A stretch of 64,000 bases of DNA from Gaiellaceae bacterium (GTDB lineage Bacteria > Actinomycetota > Thermoleophilia > Gaiellales > Gaiellaceae), in contig JAJTCQ010000002.1 of the NCBI GenBank assembly GCA_021323315.1, positions 15,691-79,690 on the forward strand. The letters run 5' to 3'. Both the position numbers and the translations under genes were made by a program. Shown in pieces: positions 27,979 through 38,221 of the stretch (positions are counted from its first letter, which is position 1; every line of letters starts with the position of its first letter). Below the pieces are notes generated by a model. It worked only from the letters and a program-made list of their open reading frames with translations, had not been told where the DNA came from and searched no databases.

Positions 27979-28932
27979 ATGAGCCTCAAGGTCGACGGGC
28001 TGACGGTGTACTACCAATCGCTGCGCGGCGACGTGAAGGCGGTGGACGGGGCGACCTTCGAGATCGCCGACGGCGAGATCATGGGACTCGCGGGCGAGTC
28101 CGGGTGCGGCAAGTCGACGCTTGGCAAGAGCCTCGTCCGTATGGATGCGCGGATGCGGTACGTCGACGGCCGCGTTGAGCTCGACGGCAAGGAACTTCCC
28201 GTCTGGGACGACCGGAAGATGAACCCGTACCGGTTCAAGCACGTCTCCATCATCCCGCAGTACGCGCTCAGCGCGCTGAATCCGACCCGGAAGATCGGGA
28301 CGATGGCGACGGAGCTCCTCGCATCGCGGGACATCCCGCTGAACGGCGTGGTGGACGAGTTCAAACGGCGTCTGAAGATCGTCGGGCTGCCCGAGGACGT
28401 GCTGGAGCGGTTCCCGATCGAGCTCTCGGGCGGGATGAAGCAGCGTGTCGTGATGGTGCTCTCGTCCCTGCTCGATCCCTCGCTTTTGATCGCGGACGAG
28501 GTGACGTCGGCGCTCGACGTGTCGACACAGCGAGCCGTGTCCGAGCTGCTCGTGGAGTTCCGCGACCGCGGCTTCGTGAAGAGCATGATCGTGATCACCC
28601 ACGACCTCTCGGTCCTGTACCAGATCGCCGACACGATCCTCGTCATGTACGCCGGCAAGCTCGCCGAGAAGGCGCCGGCGGAGACGGTCGTCCACGCACC
28701 AGCACACCCGTACACGCGGATGCTCATCTCGTCGCTTCCCGAGGTGGGGGTGCGATACGCGGAGAAGCGGCTGATCGGCATTCCCGGCCGTCCGCCGTCG
28801 CTGCTCGAGCCTCCGACGGGCTGCCGCTTCAAGACGCGGTGCCCACTCGCGTTCGAGAAGTGCGCCGAAGAGCCGCCGTTCGTCGAGGTCGCGCCCGGTC
28901 AGGCGGCCGCGTGCTGGAAGGCGACAGCCTGA
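27979..28932 (+). CDS. ABC transporter ATP-binding protein (OppD-type)
   Basis: Walker A GESGCGKST, signature LSGGMKQR, Walker B LLIADEVTSALD, plus a C-terminal oligopeptide-type extension. Confidence 0.9.
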   Translation: MSLKVDGLTVYYQSLRGDVKAVDGATFEIADGEIMGLAGESGCGKSTLGKSLVRMDARMRYVDGRVELDGKELPVWDDRKMNPYRFKHVSIIPQYALSALNPTRKIGTMATELLASRDIPLNGVVDEFKRRLKIVGLPEDVLERFPIELSGGMKQRVVMVLSSLLDPSLLIADEVTSALDVSTQRAVSELLVEFRDRGFVKSMIVITHDLSVLYQIADTILVMYAGKLAEKAPAETVVHAPAHPYTRMLISSLPEVGVRYAEKRLIGIPGRPPSLLEPPTGCRFKTRCPLAFEKCAEEPPFVEVAPGQAAACWKATA

Positions 28933-29852
28933 TGCTGAACGTGGAGACCTGCTGCAAGTCGTATCGCGTCGGCGCGTTCGGCGGTGGCGAACTCCTTGCC
29001 GTCCAGAACGTCAGCTTCGACGTCCACCCCGGCGAGGTCGTGTCCCTCATCGGCGAGAGCGGCAGCGGCAAGTCGACCATCGGGAAGATGATCCTCCGAC
29101 TCCTCAAGGTCACGCGCGGGAACATCGTCTTCGACGGCGTGGACATCTCGACGCTCGGCGGGAGGGAGCTCAAGGCGTACTACGCCGACGTACAGGGTGT
29201 CTTCCAGGACCCGTTCAGCTCGTACAACCCGATCTTCAAGGCTGACCGGGTGTTCACGATGCTCCGCAGCGAGTACTTCTCCGGGCTCAGCGCCACCGAC
29301 TGGCACGCGAAGCTCGAGAAGTCGCTCGACGCCGTGAGCCTCAATCCAGGAGATGTCCTCGGAAAGTACCCCCATCAGCTGAGCGGCGGCCAGCTGCAGC
29401 GCATGCTCATCGCGCGCGCGCTGATGCTCGACATCCGGCTACTCGTCGCGGACGAGATCATCAGCATGCTCGACGCCTCGACCCGCATCGACGTCCTGAA
29501 CCTGCTGGGAGACCTGAAGTCCCGCGGGCTGGGCATTCTCTTCATCACGCACGACCTGTCGCTCGGCAACTACATCAGCGACAAGACGATGATCCTGCGT
29601 CGCGGGAACGTCGTCGAGCTGGGCGCGACCGAGCTCGTCTTCGGAAACCCGGTCCACCCGTACACGAAGACGCTTCTCGCCTCCGTCCCGCAACTTCACA
29701 CGAAGTGGCAGGACGTCGACGTGACCATCGGTGCGCCTCCTGCGCCCGGCAATGGCGGCGGTCAGCTCGTCCTGGCCGAGGGCAGTCTCGAACTCGTCGA
29801 GGTCGAGCCCAGCCACTTTGCGGCGCTCGACGGAGACGGGGCTGCTCCGTGA
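28932..29852 (+). CDS. ABC transporter ATP-binding protein (OppF-type)
   Basis: ATG 28932 overlaps the previous stop. Motifs [29 protein letters not shown]. Confidence 0.9.
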   Translation: MLNVETCCKSYRVGAFGGGELLAVQNVSFDVHPGEVVSLIGESGSGKSTIGKMILRLLKVTRGNIVFDGVDISTLGGRELKAYYADVQGVFQDPFSSYNPIFKADRVFTMLRSEYFSGLSATDWHAKLEKSLDAVSLNPGDVLGKYPHQLSGGQLQRMLIARALMLDIRLLVADEIISMLDASTRIDVLNLLGDLKSRGLGILFITHDLSLGNYISDKTMILRRGNVVELGATELVFGNPVHPYTKTLLASVPQLHTKWQDVDVTIGAPPAPGNGGGQLVLAEGSLELVEVEPSHFAALDGDGAAP

Positions 29853-30847
29853 CCCGGCTCGGAGCCGAGACTGCCGCCGAACCGGTGACTGCCGACGGTC
29901 CCTGGGAGAACCGGCCGGCAGGCACGAACGACATTCTCTGGCGCTCCAGCCGCAACCCGATCATCCCGCGCGATCTCATCCCGCGTGCGAACAGCATCTT
30001 CAACTCCGCCGTCGTCCCCTTCGGCTCCGGCTTCGCCGGCGTGTTCCGCGTCGACGACACCGAGCGCGTGATGAACGTCCACTCGGGCCGCAGCTCGGAC
30101 GGGGTCGAGTGGGAGATCGACGACGAGCCCATTACCTTCGTTCCCGCAGACCGGCGCATCCGTGAGATCCAGGAAGGCTTCCTGTTCGCCTACGACCCAC
30201 GCGTCACCTGGCTGGAGGATCGCTACTACCTGACGTGGTGCAACGGATACCACGGACCGACGATCGGCCTCGCATACACGCACGACTTCGAGAGCTTCCA
30301 CCAGCTCGACAACGCCTTCCTCCCGTTCAACCGCAACGGGGTGCTCTTCCCGCGCAAGATCGGCGGCGGCTACGCCATGCTGAGCCGTCCGAGCGACAAC
30401 GGGCACACGCCGTTCGGTGACATCTACTACTCCGAGAGCCCCGACCTCGTGCACTGGGGCCGCCATCGCCACGTCATGGCCCCGATTCCCCTCACGTGGC
30501 AGTCGACGAAGATCGGAGCGGGGCCGACACCGATCGAAACCGGTGAGGGCTGGCTCGTGCTCTACCACGGCGTCCTGACCTCCTGCAACGGCTTCGTGTA
30601 CTCGATGGGCGCCGCGCTCCTCGATCTGAAGGAGCCGTGGAAGGTGCTCGGGCGGAGTCGCGACTATCTCCTCTCACCCCAGGTGCCATACGAACAGGTG
30701 GGGGACGTGCCGAACGTCATCTTCCCCTGTGCGGCGCTCGTCGATCACGAGGCCGACCGCGTCTCGGTCTACTACGGTGCCGCCGACACCGTCGTGTGCC
30801 TCGCGCATGGGTACCTGTCGGAGATCCTCGACTCCGTACCACGGTGA
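29849..30847 (+). CDS. GH130 beta-mannoside phosphorylase-like glycoside hydrolase
   Basis: GTG 29849 forms a GTGA overlap. Motifs NPIIPRD...[11 protein letters not shown]...[16 protein letters not shown]...[12 protein letters not shown], typical of GH130. Confidence 0.85.
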   Translation: MTRLGAETAAEPVTADGPWENRPAGTNDILWRSSRNPIIPRDLIPRANSIFNSAVVPFGSGFAGVFRVDDTERVMNVHSGRSSDGVEWEIDDEPITFVPADRRIREIQEGFLFAYDPRVTWLEDRYYLTWCNGYHGPTIGLAYTHDFESFHQLDNAFLPFNRNGVLFPRKIGGGYAMLSRPSDNGHTPFGDIYYSESPDLVHWGRHRHVMAPIPLTWQSTKIGAGPTPIETGEGWLVLYHGVLTSCNGFVYSMGAALLDLKEPWKVLGRSRDYLLSPQVPYEQVGDVPNVIFPCAALVDHEADRVSVYYGAADTVVCLAHGYLSEILDSVPR

Positions 30848-31686
30848 CCGTGCGCGCGACGCCCCCATTCGCAATCTCGTTCATGAGCGCGAACTACGTG
30901 GCGAAGGAGCTCGGCTACGGCGCTGCGACGGAATGGGGGCCGTTCGACGCCGCGACCAACGCGGCCTTCGAGCCGCTCGAGACCTTCGCCGGCGGGTTCG
31001 ATGACCTGCTCGCGACGATCACCGGCATCGGCTTCGACACGATCGATCTCTGGTTCGCCCACCTGAACTGGCGCTGGGCGTCTCCCGAGCACGTCGCGCT
31101 CGCGCGCGAGGCGCTCGCCCGCCGTGACGTCCGCGTCGTCTCGCTCGCGGGCAGCGTGGGCGCGACCACGGACGAGCTCGCGGCAGCCTGCCGGCTCGCG
31201 AACGACCTGGACGTCGACCTCGTAGCGGGCGTCGGCGAGGTCGTGCACCGTGCTCGCGAGGGAGCGGTGGCGGTGCTCCGCGAGCATGGTGTCCGCTTCG
31301 GGCTCGAGAACCATCCCGAGAAGACGCCGCAGGAGGTGCTCGACACGATCGGCGACGACGCCGACGTGCTCGGCGCAACCGTCGACACCGGCTGGTGGGC
31401 GACCCAGGCGTACGACCCGGTCGCCGCGATCGGCGAGCTGTCCGAGCGGCTCTTCCACGTGCATCTGAAGGACGTCGAGGAGCCTGGAACGCACGTCTCG
31501 TGCATGCATGGCGAGGGGTGCGCGAACGTCGCGGGCTGCGTCGAGAAAGTGCTCGCGATCGGCTATGCCGGCCCGCTGAGCATCGAGCACGAGCCCTACG
31601 ACCGCGATCCCACGGCCGAGTGCGTCCGCATGCTCGCGCGCATCCGGGCGCAGCTGGCGGCGACGGAGGTCGGGCGCCGTGGCTGA
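30844..31686 (+). CDS. sugar phosphate isomerase/epimerase (xylose-isomerase-like TIM barrel)
   Basis: GTG 30844 forms a GTGA overlap. Motifs HVHLKD and SIEHE. Confidence 0.8.
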   Translation: MTVRATPPFAISFMSANYVAKELGYGAATEWGPFDAATNAAFEPLETFAGGFDDLLATITGIGFDTIDLWFAHLNWRWASPEHVALAREALARRDVRVVSLAGSVGATTDELAAACRLANDLDVDLVAGVGEVVHRAREGAVAVLREHGVRFGLENHPEKTPQEVLDTIGDDADVLGATVDTGWWATQAYDPVAAIGELSERLFHVHLKDVEEPGTHVSCMHGEGCANVAGCVEKVLAIGYAGPLSIEHEPYDRDPTAECVRMLARIRAQLAATEVGRRG

Positions 31687-32758
31687 GCAGGCGCTGCGCG
31701 TCGCCGTCATCGGGTGCGGGAACATCTCGGGCGCGTACGGCGAGACGATGAGCGCGTACCCGTCCGTGCGGATCGCCGGTGCGACGGACGTCGACCGCGC
31801 TCTCAGCGAGGCATTCGTCGACCGCTTCGGCGGACTCAGCTACCCGTCGCTCGGCGACGTCCTCGACGACCCGGCAGTCGACGCGATCGTCAACCTGACC
31901 TACCCCGGCGTCCATGCGGAGGTGACGAGCGCGGCGCTGGAGGCCGGCAAGCACGTGCACAGCGAGAAGCCGCTCGCGGGCGACTACCCCAGCGCGCGGT
32001 CACTCGTCGACCTGGCCGCCGACCGGGGCCTGCGGCTCTCGTGCTCGCCGATCACCTTCCTGGGCGAGGCGCAGGAGACGATGTGGCGGCTGGTCGAGGA
32101 CGGCGCGATCGGCCCCGTCCGGGTGGCGTACGCGGAGGTGAACTGGAGCCGCATCGAGAGCTGGCATCCGCGGCCGGAGCCCTTCTACCGCATCGGCCCG
32201 TTCGCCGACGTCGGCGTCTATCCGCTGACGATCCTCACCGCCATGTTCGGGCCGGCGCGTCGCGTCACGGCCTTCGGGAAGGTGGTGTACCCGGATCGCA
32301 CGACGACCTCCGGGGAGGCCTTCTCCCCCGGCGCACCGGACTTCGGCGTCGCGGTCGTCGAGCTCGAGAGCGGCACCGTCGTGCGCCTCACGGCGAACTT
32401 CTACGTCGGCCACCACAGCAAGCAGAGTGGCATCGAGCTCCACGGGGACACCGGCTCGCTCTTCCTCTCGAGCTGGCAGGAGTTCGATGCATCGGTCGAG
32501 CTCGCGCCGTTCGGCGGCTCGTACGAGCCGGTCCCGGTCGAGAACCCGTTCCGGGGAACCGACTGGGGACGGGCGCTCGGCGAGCTGAGCGAGGCCATCG
32601 TGACCGGCCGCCCCCATCGCGCCACCGGGGCTCACGCTGCTCACATCGTCGAGATCCTGGACGCGACAGCGACCTCGGCCACCGAGGGCCGCGCCGTGGA
32701 CGTGACGTCGTCGTTCCCGCGTCCTGCGTTGCGCCCCGCCCCGCCGCTCCAGCCGTAG
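31679..32758 (+). CDS. Gfo/Idh/MocA-family oxidoreductase
   Basis: Rossmann motif VAVIGCGNISGAY and EKPLA motif. Overlaps the previous gene by 8 nt. Confidence 0.85.
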   Translation: MAEQALRVAVIGCGNISGAYGETMSAYPSVRIAGATDVDRALSEAFVDRFGGLSYPSLGDVLDDPAVDAIVNLTYPGVHAEVTSAALEAGKHVHSEKPLAGDYPSARSLVDLAADRGLRLSCSPITFLGEAQETMWRLVEDGAIGPVRVAYAEVNWSRIESWHPRPEPFYRIGPFADVGVYPLTILTAMFGPARRVTAFGKVVYPDRTTTSGEAFSPGAPDFGVAVVELESGTVVRLTANFYVGHHSKQSGIELHGDTGSLFLSSWQEFDASVELAPFGGSYEPVPVENPFRGTDWGRALGELSEAIVTGRPHRATGAHAAHIVEILDATATSATEGRAVDVTSSFPRPALRPAPPLQP

Positions 32759-32768
32759 CATCTCCTCC

Positions 32769-33743
32769 GTGGACGCGCGCGAGCTCGGCCGGAGCGGCAT
32801 CGCCGTCTCGCGGGTCGTCCTCGGCTGCGGCAACTTCGGCGGCGTCGGCTCGGCGCCGGCGTTCTTCGGTCAGGGAATCCCGCGCGAGGAAGCGCAGCGG
32901 ATCATGGACACCGCCTGGGAGCTCGGGATCAGGACGTTCGACACGGCGGACGCCTACGGCGGCGGACGCAGCGAGACCTGGATCGGCGAGTGGCTCGCGG
33001 CGAAGGGCCCCGAGGTGCGCGACGCGATCGTGATCGAGACGAAGACGTTCAACCCGATGGCCGAGGGCGCGGATCGGGGCCTGTCGCGACAACGCATCCG
33101 GCGGCAGCTCGAGACGAGCCTCGAGCGGCTCGGGCTCGAGCGCATCCCGCTCTACATGGCGCATGCGCCCGACCCCGACACCCCGCTCGAGGAGACGCTC
33201 GGAGGGTTGGACGAGCTCGTGCGCGCAGGCACCGTCGGCGCGGTCGGCGCGTCCAACTTCTCGGCGGAGCAGCTCGCAGAGGCACTCGAGATCTCGGGGC
33301 TCGAAGGGCTCACACGCTTCGAGTGGGCGCAGAACTCGTTCTCGCTCCTCGATCGGGCCGACGCCGAGAGCGTCTTTCCCGTCTGCCACGAGCACGGGCT
33401 CGGGTACGAGGCGTTCGGGCCGCTCGCGGGAGGGTGGCTCGCCGGCCGCTACCGACGCGGTGAGGAGTATCCCGAGGGCTCGCGCATGACACAGCGACCC
33501 GATGGCTACCGCAAGTACGAGGCCGAGGACGTCTTCGACGCGCTGGAGGCGTTCGAGCGCGAGGCGCTCGGCCGAGGAGTCTCGATGGCAGCGCTCGCGA
33601 TCGCGTGGCTGTGCGGCGTCCCGGAAGTCACAGCCATCGTCGTCGGCCCGACGCGCGCCGAACACCTCGAGCCGGTGCGCGAGGCGCTGTCGCTGGAGCT
33701 GACAGCGGAGGAGCACGAGCATCTGGGAGTCTTATTCCCGTGA
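32769..33743 (+). CDS. aldo/keto reductase
   Basis: 324 aa. Motifs FDTADAYGGGRSE and YMAHAPD. Confidence 0.9.
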   Translation: MDARELGRSGIAVSRVVLGCGNFGGVGSAPAFFGQGIPREEAQRIMDTAWELGIRTFDTADAYGGGRSETWIGEWLAAKGPEVRDAIVIETKTFNPMAEGADRGLSRQRIRRQLETSLERLGLERIPLYMAHAPDPDTPLEETLGGLDELVRAGTVGAVGASNFSAEQLAEALEISGLEGLTRFEWAQNSFSLLDRADAESVFPVCHEHGLGYEAFGPLAGGWLAGRYRRGEEYPEGSRMTQRPDGYRKYEAEDVFDALEAFEREALGRGVSMAALAIAWLCGVPEVTAIVVGPTRAEHLEPVREALSLELTAEEHEHLGVLFP

Positions 33744-34699
33744 TCGTCCTCAACGAGCACGACGTGCGCAAGCTTCTCGACATGGAGTCGTGCGTCGAAG
33801 CGATGGAGGACGTCCTCGTCTCACTCGCACAGGGCGAGCTCTTTCAGCCGCTCCGCTCGGTCGCGCGGCCGCCCGACGCGCCCGGCTTCATCGGCCTCAT
33901 GCCGTCGCATCGTGGGGGCGGAACGCCCGCTTACGCGCTCAAAGAGATCGTGGTGACGCCCGACAACCCGACGCGCGGGCTGGACGCCCACCAGGGATCG
34001 GTTCTCCTTCACGACGGCCGGACGGGCGAGCTGGTTGCGATCATGAACGCATCTCCGGTCACGGAGATTCGTACTGCCGCCGTGTCCGCCGTCGCGACGC
34101 GCGCCCTCGCACGTCCCCGAGCCGGCCGCGTCGCGATCCTCGGGGCAGGCGTCCAGGCGCGAGCCCACGTCGACGCCATGCGGGCCGTCCTCGACGATCC
34201 GGAGATCCGCGTCTGGGCCCGTCGTCTCGAAGCCGCAGAAGAGCTCGCCGGGCAGGTCGGCGCGACGGTTGCACCGTCCGTGGACGCGGCGCTCTTCGGC
34301 GCGGAGGTCGTCTGCACCACGACAAGCGCGCGCGAGGCGATCGTCGAGCGCCGCTGGCTCGTAACGGGTGCCCACGTGAACGCTGTCGGCGCTTTCGGGC
34401 CGCACCGGGAGCTCGACAACGAGACGATGGCCGGTGCGTCACTCTTCGTCGATCGCCGCGAGTCAGCACTGAACGAAGGCGGCGACTACGGACTGGCCGC
34501 GGCCGACGGGGTGGTCGGGCCCGACGACATCAAGGCCGAGCTCGGGGAGGTACTCGCCGGCATGCATCCTGGACGGGAGCACGAAGACGAGCTGACGGTC
34601 TTCAAGTCGTATGGCATCGGCGTGGAGGACCTCGCCACCGCGGATCTCGTCGTCCGTCGCGCGCGCGAGCGGGGCGTGGGCATCGAGGTCGACTTCTGA
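33740..34699 (+). CDS. ornithine cyclodeaminase / mu-crystallin family protein
   Basis: GTG 33740 forms a GTGA overlap. Motifs TEIRTAAVSAVATRALA and VAILGAGVQA. Confidence 0.85.
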   Translation: MIVLNEHDVRKLLDMESCVEAMEDVLVSLAQGELFQPLRSVARPPDAPGFIGLMPSHRGGGTPAYALKEIVVTPDNPTRGLDAHQGSVLLHDGRTGELVAIMNASPVTEIRTAAVSAVATRALARPRAGRVAILGAGVQARAHVDAMRAVLDDPEIRVWARRLEAAEELAGQVGATVAPSVDAALFGAEVVCTTTSAREAIVERRWLVTGAHVNAVGAFGPHRELDNETMAGASLFVDRRESALNEGGDYGLAAADGVVGPDDIKAELGEVLAGMHPGREHEDELTVFKSYGIGVEDLATADLVVRRARERGVGIEVDF

Positions 34700-35661
34700 T
34701 CCCGCTCGCCGAGATCGAGGCCGCTCGCGAGCGCATCGCGGGAACGGTCGTCCGCTCGCCACTGGTCCGACTCCAGATCGACGACGCGCCGGCAGAGATC
34801 TGGCTGAAGCTCGAGAACCTGCAGCCGATCGGCTCCTTCAAACTGCGCGGCGCGGCGAACGCCGTCCTGAGCGCGCCGCGCGAGGCGCTTGCTTCGGGTC
34901 TCGTGACCACGAGCACCGGGAACATGGCGCAGGGCGTTGCCTGGATGGCGCGCGAGCTGGGCGTGCCCGCCACGATCGTCGTTCCCGACAACGCCTCCGC
35001 TGGCAAGCTCGCGGCCGTCGAGCGGCTGGGCGGACGGATCGTCCGCGTGCCCTGGGAGCAGTGGTGGGCCGCAGTGGAAGCAGACGAGGAGCGCGACCTC
35101 GGTTCGGACGTCGAGGGATTCTTCGTCCATCCCGTGCAGGACCCGCCGGTCATGGCCGGCAACGGCACCATCGGGCTCGAGCTCGTCGATCAGCTCGACG
35201 AGATCGACGCAGTGGTGATCCCGTGGGGCGGCGGCGGGTTGTCGACGGGTATCGCGAGCGCGCTCCACGCGCTCAGGCCGGACACGAAGGTCTACATCTC
35301 CGAGCCGGAGACGGGCGCGCCCGTCACGGCCGCGCTCGCCAACGACGGCGTGCCGATCCCCGTCGACTTCACGCCGTCCTTCGTGGACGGCGCGGGGTCG
35401 GCCGGCCTGCTGCCGAAGATGTGGGCGCACGCCCAGCCGCTCGTCGACAGCTCGTTCGCGATCTCCCTCGAGGACACGGCGAAGACGGTTCGCCTGCTGC
35501 TCGAGCGCGCGCGCATCGTGGCCGAAGGGGCCGCCGCCCTGCCGGTCGCCGCCGCGCTGTCCGGCCGGGCCGGAGGTGGTCGCATCGTCTGCATCGTCTC
35601 CGGCGGGAACATCGACGGTGCGCGGCTCGCAGCGATTCTGGACGGCCGCGTCCCGGACTAG
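34696..35661 (+). CDS. PLP-dependent threonine/serine dehydratase-like enzyme (fold type II)
   Basis: PLP-lysine motif ENLQPIGSFKLRGA. The only plausible start is CTG 34696, overlapping the upstream stop (CTGA). The next canonical start would delete the PLP lysine. Confidence 0.75.
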   Translation: MIPLAEIEAARERIAGTVVRSPLVRLQIDDAPAEIWLKLENLQPIGSFKLRGAANAVLSAPREALASGLVTTSTGNMAQGVAWMARELGVPATIVVPDNASAGKLAAVERLGGRIVRVPWEQWWAAVEADEERDLGSDVEGFFVHPVQDPPVMAGNGTIGLELVDQLDEIDAVVIPWGGGGLSTGIASALHALRPDTKVYISEPETGAPVTAALANDGVPIPVDFTPSFVDGAGSAGLLPKMWAHAQPLVDSSFAISLEDTAKTVRLLLERARIVAEGAAALPVAAALSGRAGGGRIVCIVSGGNIDGARLAAILDGRVPD

Positions 35662-36137
35662 CGGCTCCAGGGCCGACGCCGCGGGAGCCAGCGCGGCACG
35701 TTCGCGGCGTAGAGGTCGTAGTCCTCGCCAAAGCGGCGGCGCAGCCCGGGCTCCTCCACGAGCGGCAGGTACACGATGTTCACGACCACGACGGCTGCGA
35801 ACCAGAGGGCGAGTGGCGGGGATCCGAGCAGGACGGCTTCGCCGGCGAGGACGAACGCGACACCGCTGATCATGGGGTTGCGCACGTGGCGGTACGGGCC
35901 GCGGACCACGAGTTTGCTCGTCGGATCCCATGGCGCCAGAGTGCCGTCTCCAACCGTCGAGAAGAGCCGGATCGTCCAGACGACGAGCACGATCCCGATC
36001 GTGACCAGCGCGACGCCGAAGGCGCTGCCCCACCAGAGACGCACGTCTCCCGTCCACGAGACGATGAGCGCCGGCACCACGATCGTGACCACGAACGGGA
36101 GCAGCACGATCGCACGCGCCTGACGGAGGGCGCTCAC
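35658..36137 (-). CDS. isoprenylcysteine carboxyl methyltransferase (ICMT/PEMT)-family membrane protein
   Basis: GTG 36137 forms a GTGA overlap with the upstream gene. Motifs LVVRGPYRHVRNPMISG...EEPGLRRRFGEDY. Confidence 0.75.
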   Translation of the reverse strand: MSALRQARAIVLLPFVVTIVVPALIVSWTGDVRLWWGSAFGVALVTIGIVLVVWTIRLFSTVGDGTLAPWDPTSKLVVRGPYRHVRNPMISGVAFVLAGEAVLLGSPPLALWFAAVVVVNIVYLPLVEEPGLRRRFGEDYDLYAANVPRWLPRRRPWSR

Positions 36138-37045
36138 TCGAGGAGCGTTCGCTCGAGCCCGTCGAGGGATTCGCGCAGCAGGTTCGCGTTTCCGACGGAG
36201 TGCGCGTAGACGGCGAGCATCGAGCACAAGCCGAGAGCCAGCACGCGCGCTCGGCTGTGGACGTCCTCGTCGACTGCTCCGTACTCGGCGAAGAACGCCT
36301 CGCGTCCCTCGGGCGGCAGCATGCTCCAGGCGACGTGGAGGTCGATGGACGGATCGCCCGTACAGCAGTCCCCCCAGTCGATGACGCCCGCGAGCGAGTC
36401 GTGCTCGACGAGGACGTGGCGGAGATGGAGATCGCCGTGCAGGAAGACTCGCTCGCGCGAAGCGAGACGCGACGCGTGCTCGAGCACGCGTTCGACGGAG
36501 AGTTCGCCCCGCCAGGCGCCCGTCGACTCCAGCTCCCGGAGGTTCTTGCGTGCCATCGGTACGCGCTTGTCCATGTCGGCCCTCCCGAGCGGGTCGACAG
36601 GAAGCGCGTCCTCGGGATCGACCCGAGCTCGTAGCTCCGGCTCATGCAGCTCTCGAAGGAACCGACCGAGGTCCACGCCGACTGCAACCCGCGCCTCGTC
36701 CGAGAGCGCCGCATCGGCGATCTCGTTGCCGGGCAGCAGCCGCGTGCCGAAGAACGGCCACGGGAACTGCTCGCTCTGCTGCCCGACGAACGTCGGAACC
36801 GGGATCGGAACCGAGAGGAGGGGGCCGAGCGTCGGCAGCAGCGCGAGCTCTCGTCGGACTCCGGGAATCGCGATCTGTCGGCGGGGGAAGCGGAACGCCC
36901 ACGTCTCCTCGACGACCCAGACCGCGTTGTCCCAACCCTCGCCGAGCAGCCGCGCAGACGAGGCGTCCAGCTCGGGGAACTGGTCGCCGACGAGCTCGCG
37001 TACGAGCCCCCCGTCGACGACGACCTCGGGGTCCCAGTCGGGCAT
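36134..37045 (-). CDS. aminoglycoside/choline-kinase-like phosphotransferase (APH family)
   Basis: 303 aa. Catalytic loop HGDLHLRHVLV and motif VIDWGD. Confidence 0.8.
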   Translation of the reverse strand: MPDWDPEVVVDGGLVRELVGDQFPELDASSARLLGEGWDNAVWVVEETWAFRFPRRQIAIPGVRRELALLPTLGPLLSVPIPVPTFVGQQSEQFPWPFFGTRLLPGNEIADAALSDEARVAVGVDLGRFLRELHEPELRARVDPEDALPVDPLGRADMDKRVPMARKNLRELESTGAWRGELSVERVLEHASRLASRERVFLHGDLHLRHVLVEHDSLAGVIDWGDCCTGDPSIDLHVAWSMLPPEGREAFFAEYGAVDEDVHSRARVLALGLCSMLAVYAHSVGNANLLRESLDGLERTLLE

Positions 37046-37087
37046 CGCCGCACCCTAGCCCCGCTTCGCAACGGGTAGGAATTCGGG

Positions 37088-38221
37088 ATGCGCACGATCT
37101 CGCTCGCCGCGCTCCGCCGCATCGTCATCGGCGCGCAGGGCTACGCGTCGCGCTCCCGCGCCGGCACGCGCCACGAGGTCGAGGAGACGATCCGCGCGCT
37201 GTCGTGCGTCCAGCTGGACTCGATCACGACGGTCGAGCGGAGCCACCGGATCGCACTCGGCTCGCGGGTCGGCGCCTATCCCCGCGACAGCGTCTCCCGC
37301 CTTCTCGGCGAGGGCCGCGTCTTCGAGTACTGGGCGCACGAGGCATGCCTCATCTCCGTCGAGGAATGGCCGCTCTTCCGCTCCTGGATGACGCGACACC
37401 ACCCCTGGCGAGGCGACGTGACTGCGGAGCACCCGGACCTCACGCTCGAGGTGCTCGCCGCCATCCGCGAGCGCGGACCACTGGCGTCGCGGGACTTCGA
37501 CGGAAAGGGCGGCGGGGGCATGTGGAACTGGAAGCCGGCGAAGATCGTCCTCGAGGCGCTGTGGAACGCGGGCGAGCTCGTGATCGCGGGTCGCGTCAGC
37601 GGGTTCCAGCGGCTGTACGACCTCCCGGAACGCGTCCTCCCGCCGGAGGTGCTCGCAGCGCCGGTGCCGGACAAGGAGGCGCGCGACCGGCAGCTGACGC
37701 TGCGGGGGGTTCGGGCACGCGGCGCGCTCACCGAAGCGGGCGTCGTCGAGCACTGGCGCCTCGCCGGCGGAACCGCCCGGATCCGGCCCCACGTCGATGC
37801 CCTCGTGGCAGACGGGCAGCTCGAGCGACTCGCCGTCGACGACGGCGGTGCGGCGGTCCTGGTCGAGCCCGAAACGGACCTCGAGCCGCCACGTCCGCCG
37901 ACTGCCGTCCTCCTGTCTCCGTTCGACAACCTCCTGTGGGATCGAGCATTTGCCGGGAGGGTGCTCGGCTTCGAGCACGTCATCGAGGTGTACAAGCCGC
38001 AACCCCAACGCCGGTTCGGCTACTACGTGCTCCCGTTTCTCTGGCGCGATCGGATCGTCGGACGCGCCGACCTGAAGTCGGAGCGGAAGGAGGACGCGCT
38101 CGTCGTGAAGGCGTTCCATCTCGAGCCGGGCGTGCGCCGCTCGGCTGCACTCGACGACGCGCTCGATCGCGCCCTCGACCGCCTGCGCCGCGTAATCGGT
38201 CTCGAGCGGGTGATTCGATGA
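37088..38221 (+). CDS. YcaQ/AlkZ-family winged-helix DNA glycosylase (paralog 1)
   Basis: 377 aa. Contains a Q-phi-D motif (CVQLDSITTV) and FEYWAHEAC. Confidence 0.8.
   Translation: MRTISLAALRRIVIGAQGYASRSRAGTRHEVEETIRALSCVQLDSITTVERSHRIALGSRVGAYPRDSVSRLLGEGRVFEYWAHEACLISVEEWPLFRSWMTRHHPWRGDVTAEHPDLTLEVLAAIRERGPLASRDFDGKGGGGMWNWKPAKIVLEALWNAGELVIAGRVSGFQRLYDLPERVLPPEVLAAPVPDKEARDRQLTLRGVRARGALTEAGVVEHWRLAGGTARIRPHVDALVADGQLERLAVDDGGAAVLVEPETDLEPPRPPTAVLLSPFDNLLWDRAFAGRVLGFEHVIEVYKPQPQRRFGYYVLPFLWRDRIVGRADLKSERKEDALVVKAFHLEPGVRRSAALDDALDRALDRLRRVIGLERVIR

Noticed and set aside
33790-34695. Upstream extension of the PLP-enzyme ORF (start at 33790), giving a 623-aa protein.
   Set aside because: The extension is Arg-rich, overlaps the whole OCD-family gene in another frame, and has no family features.
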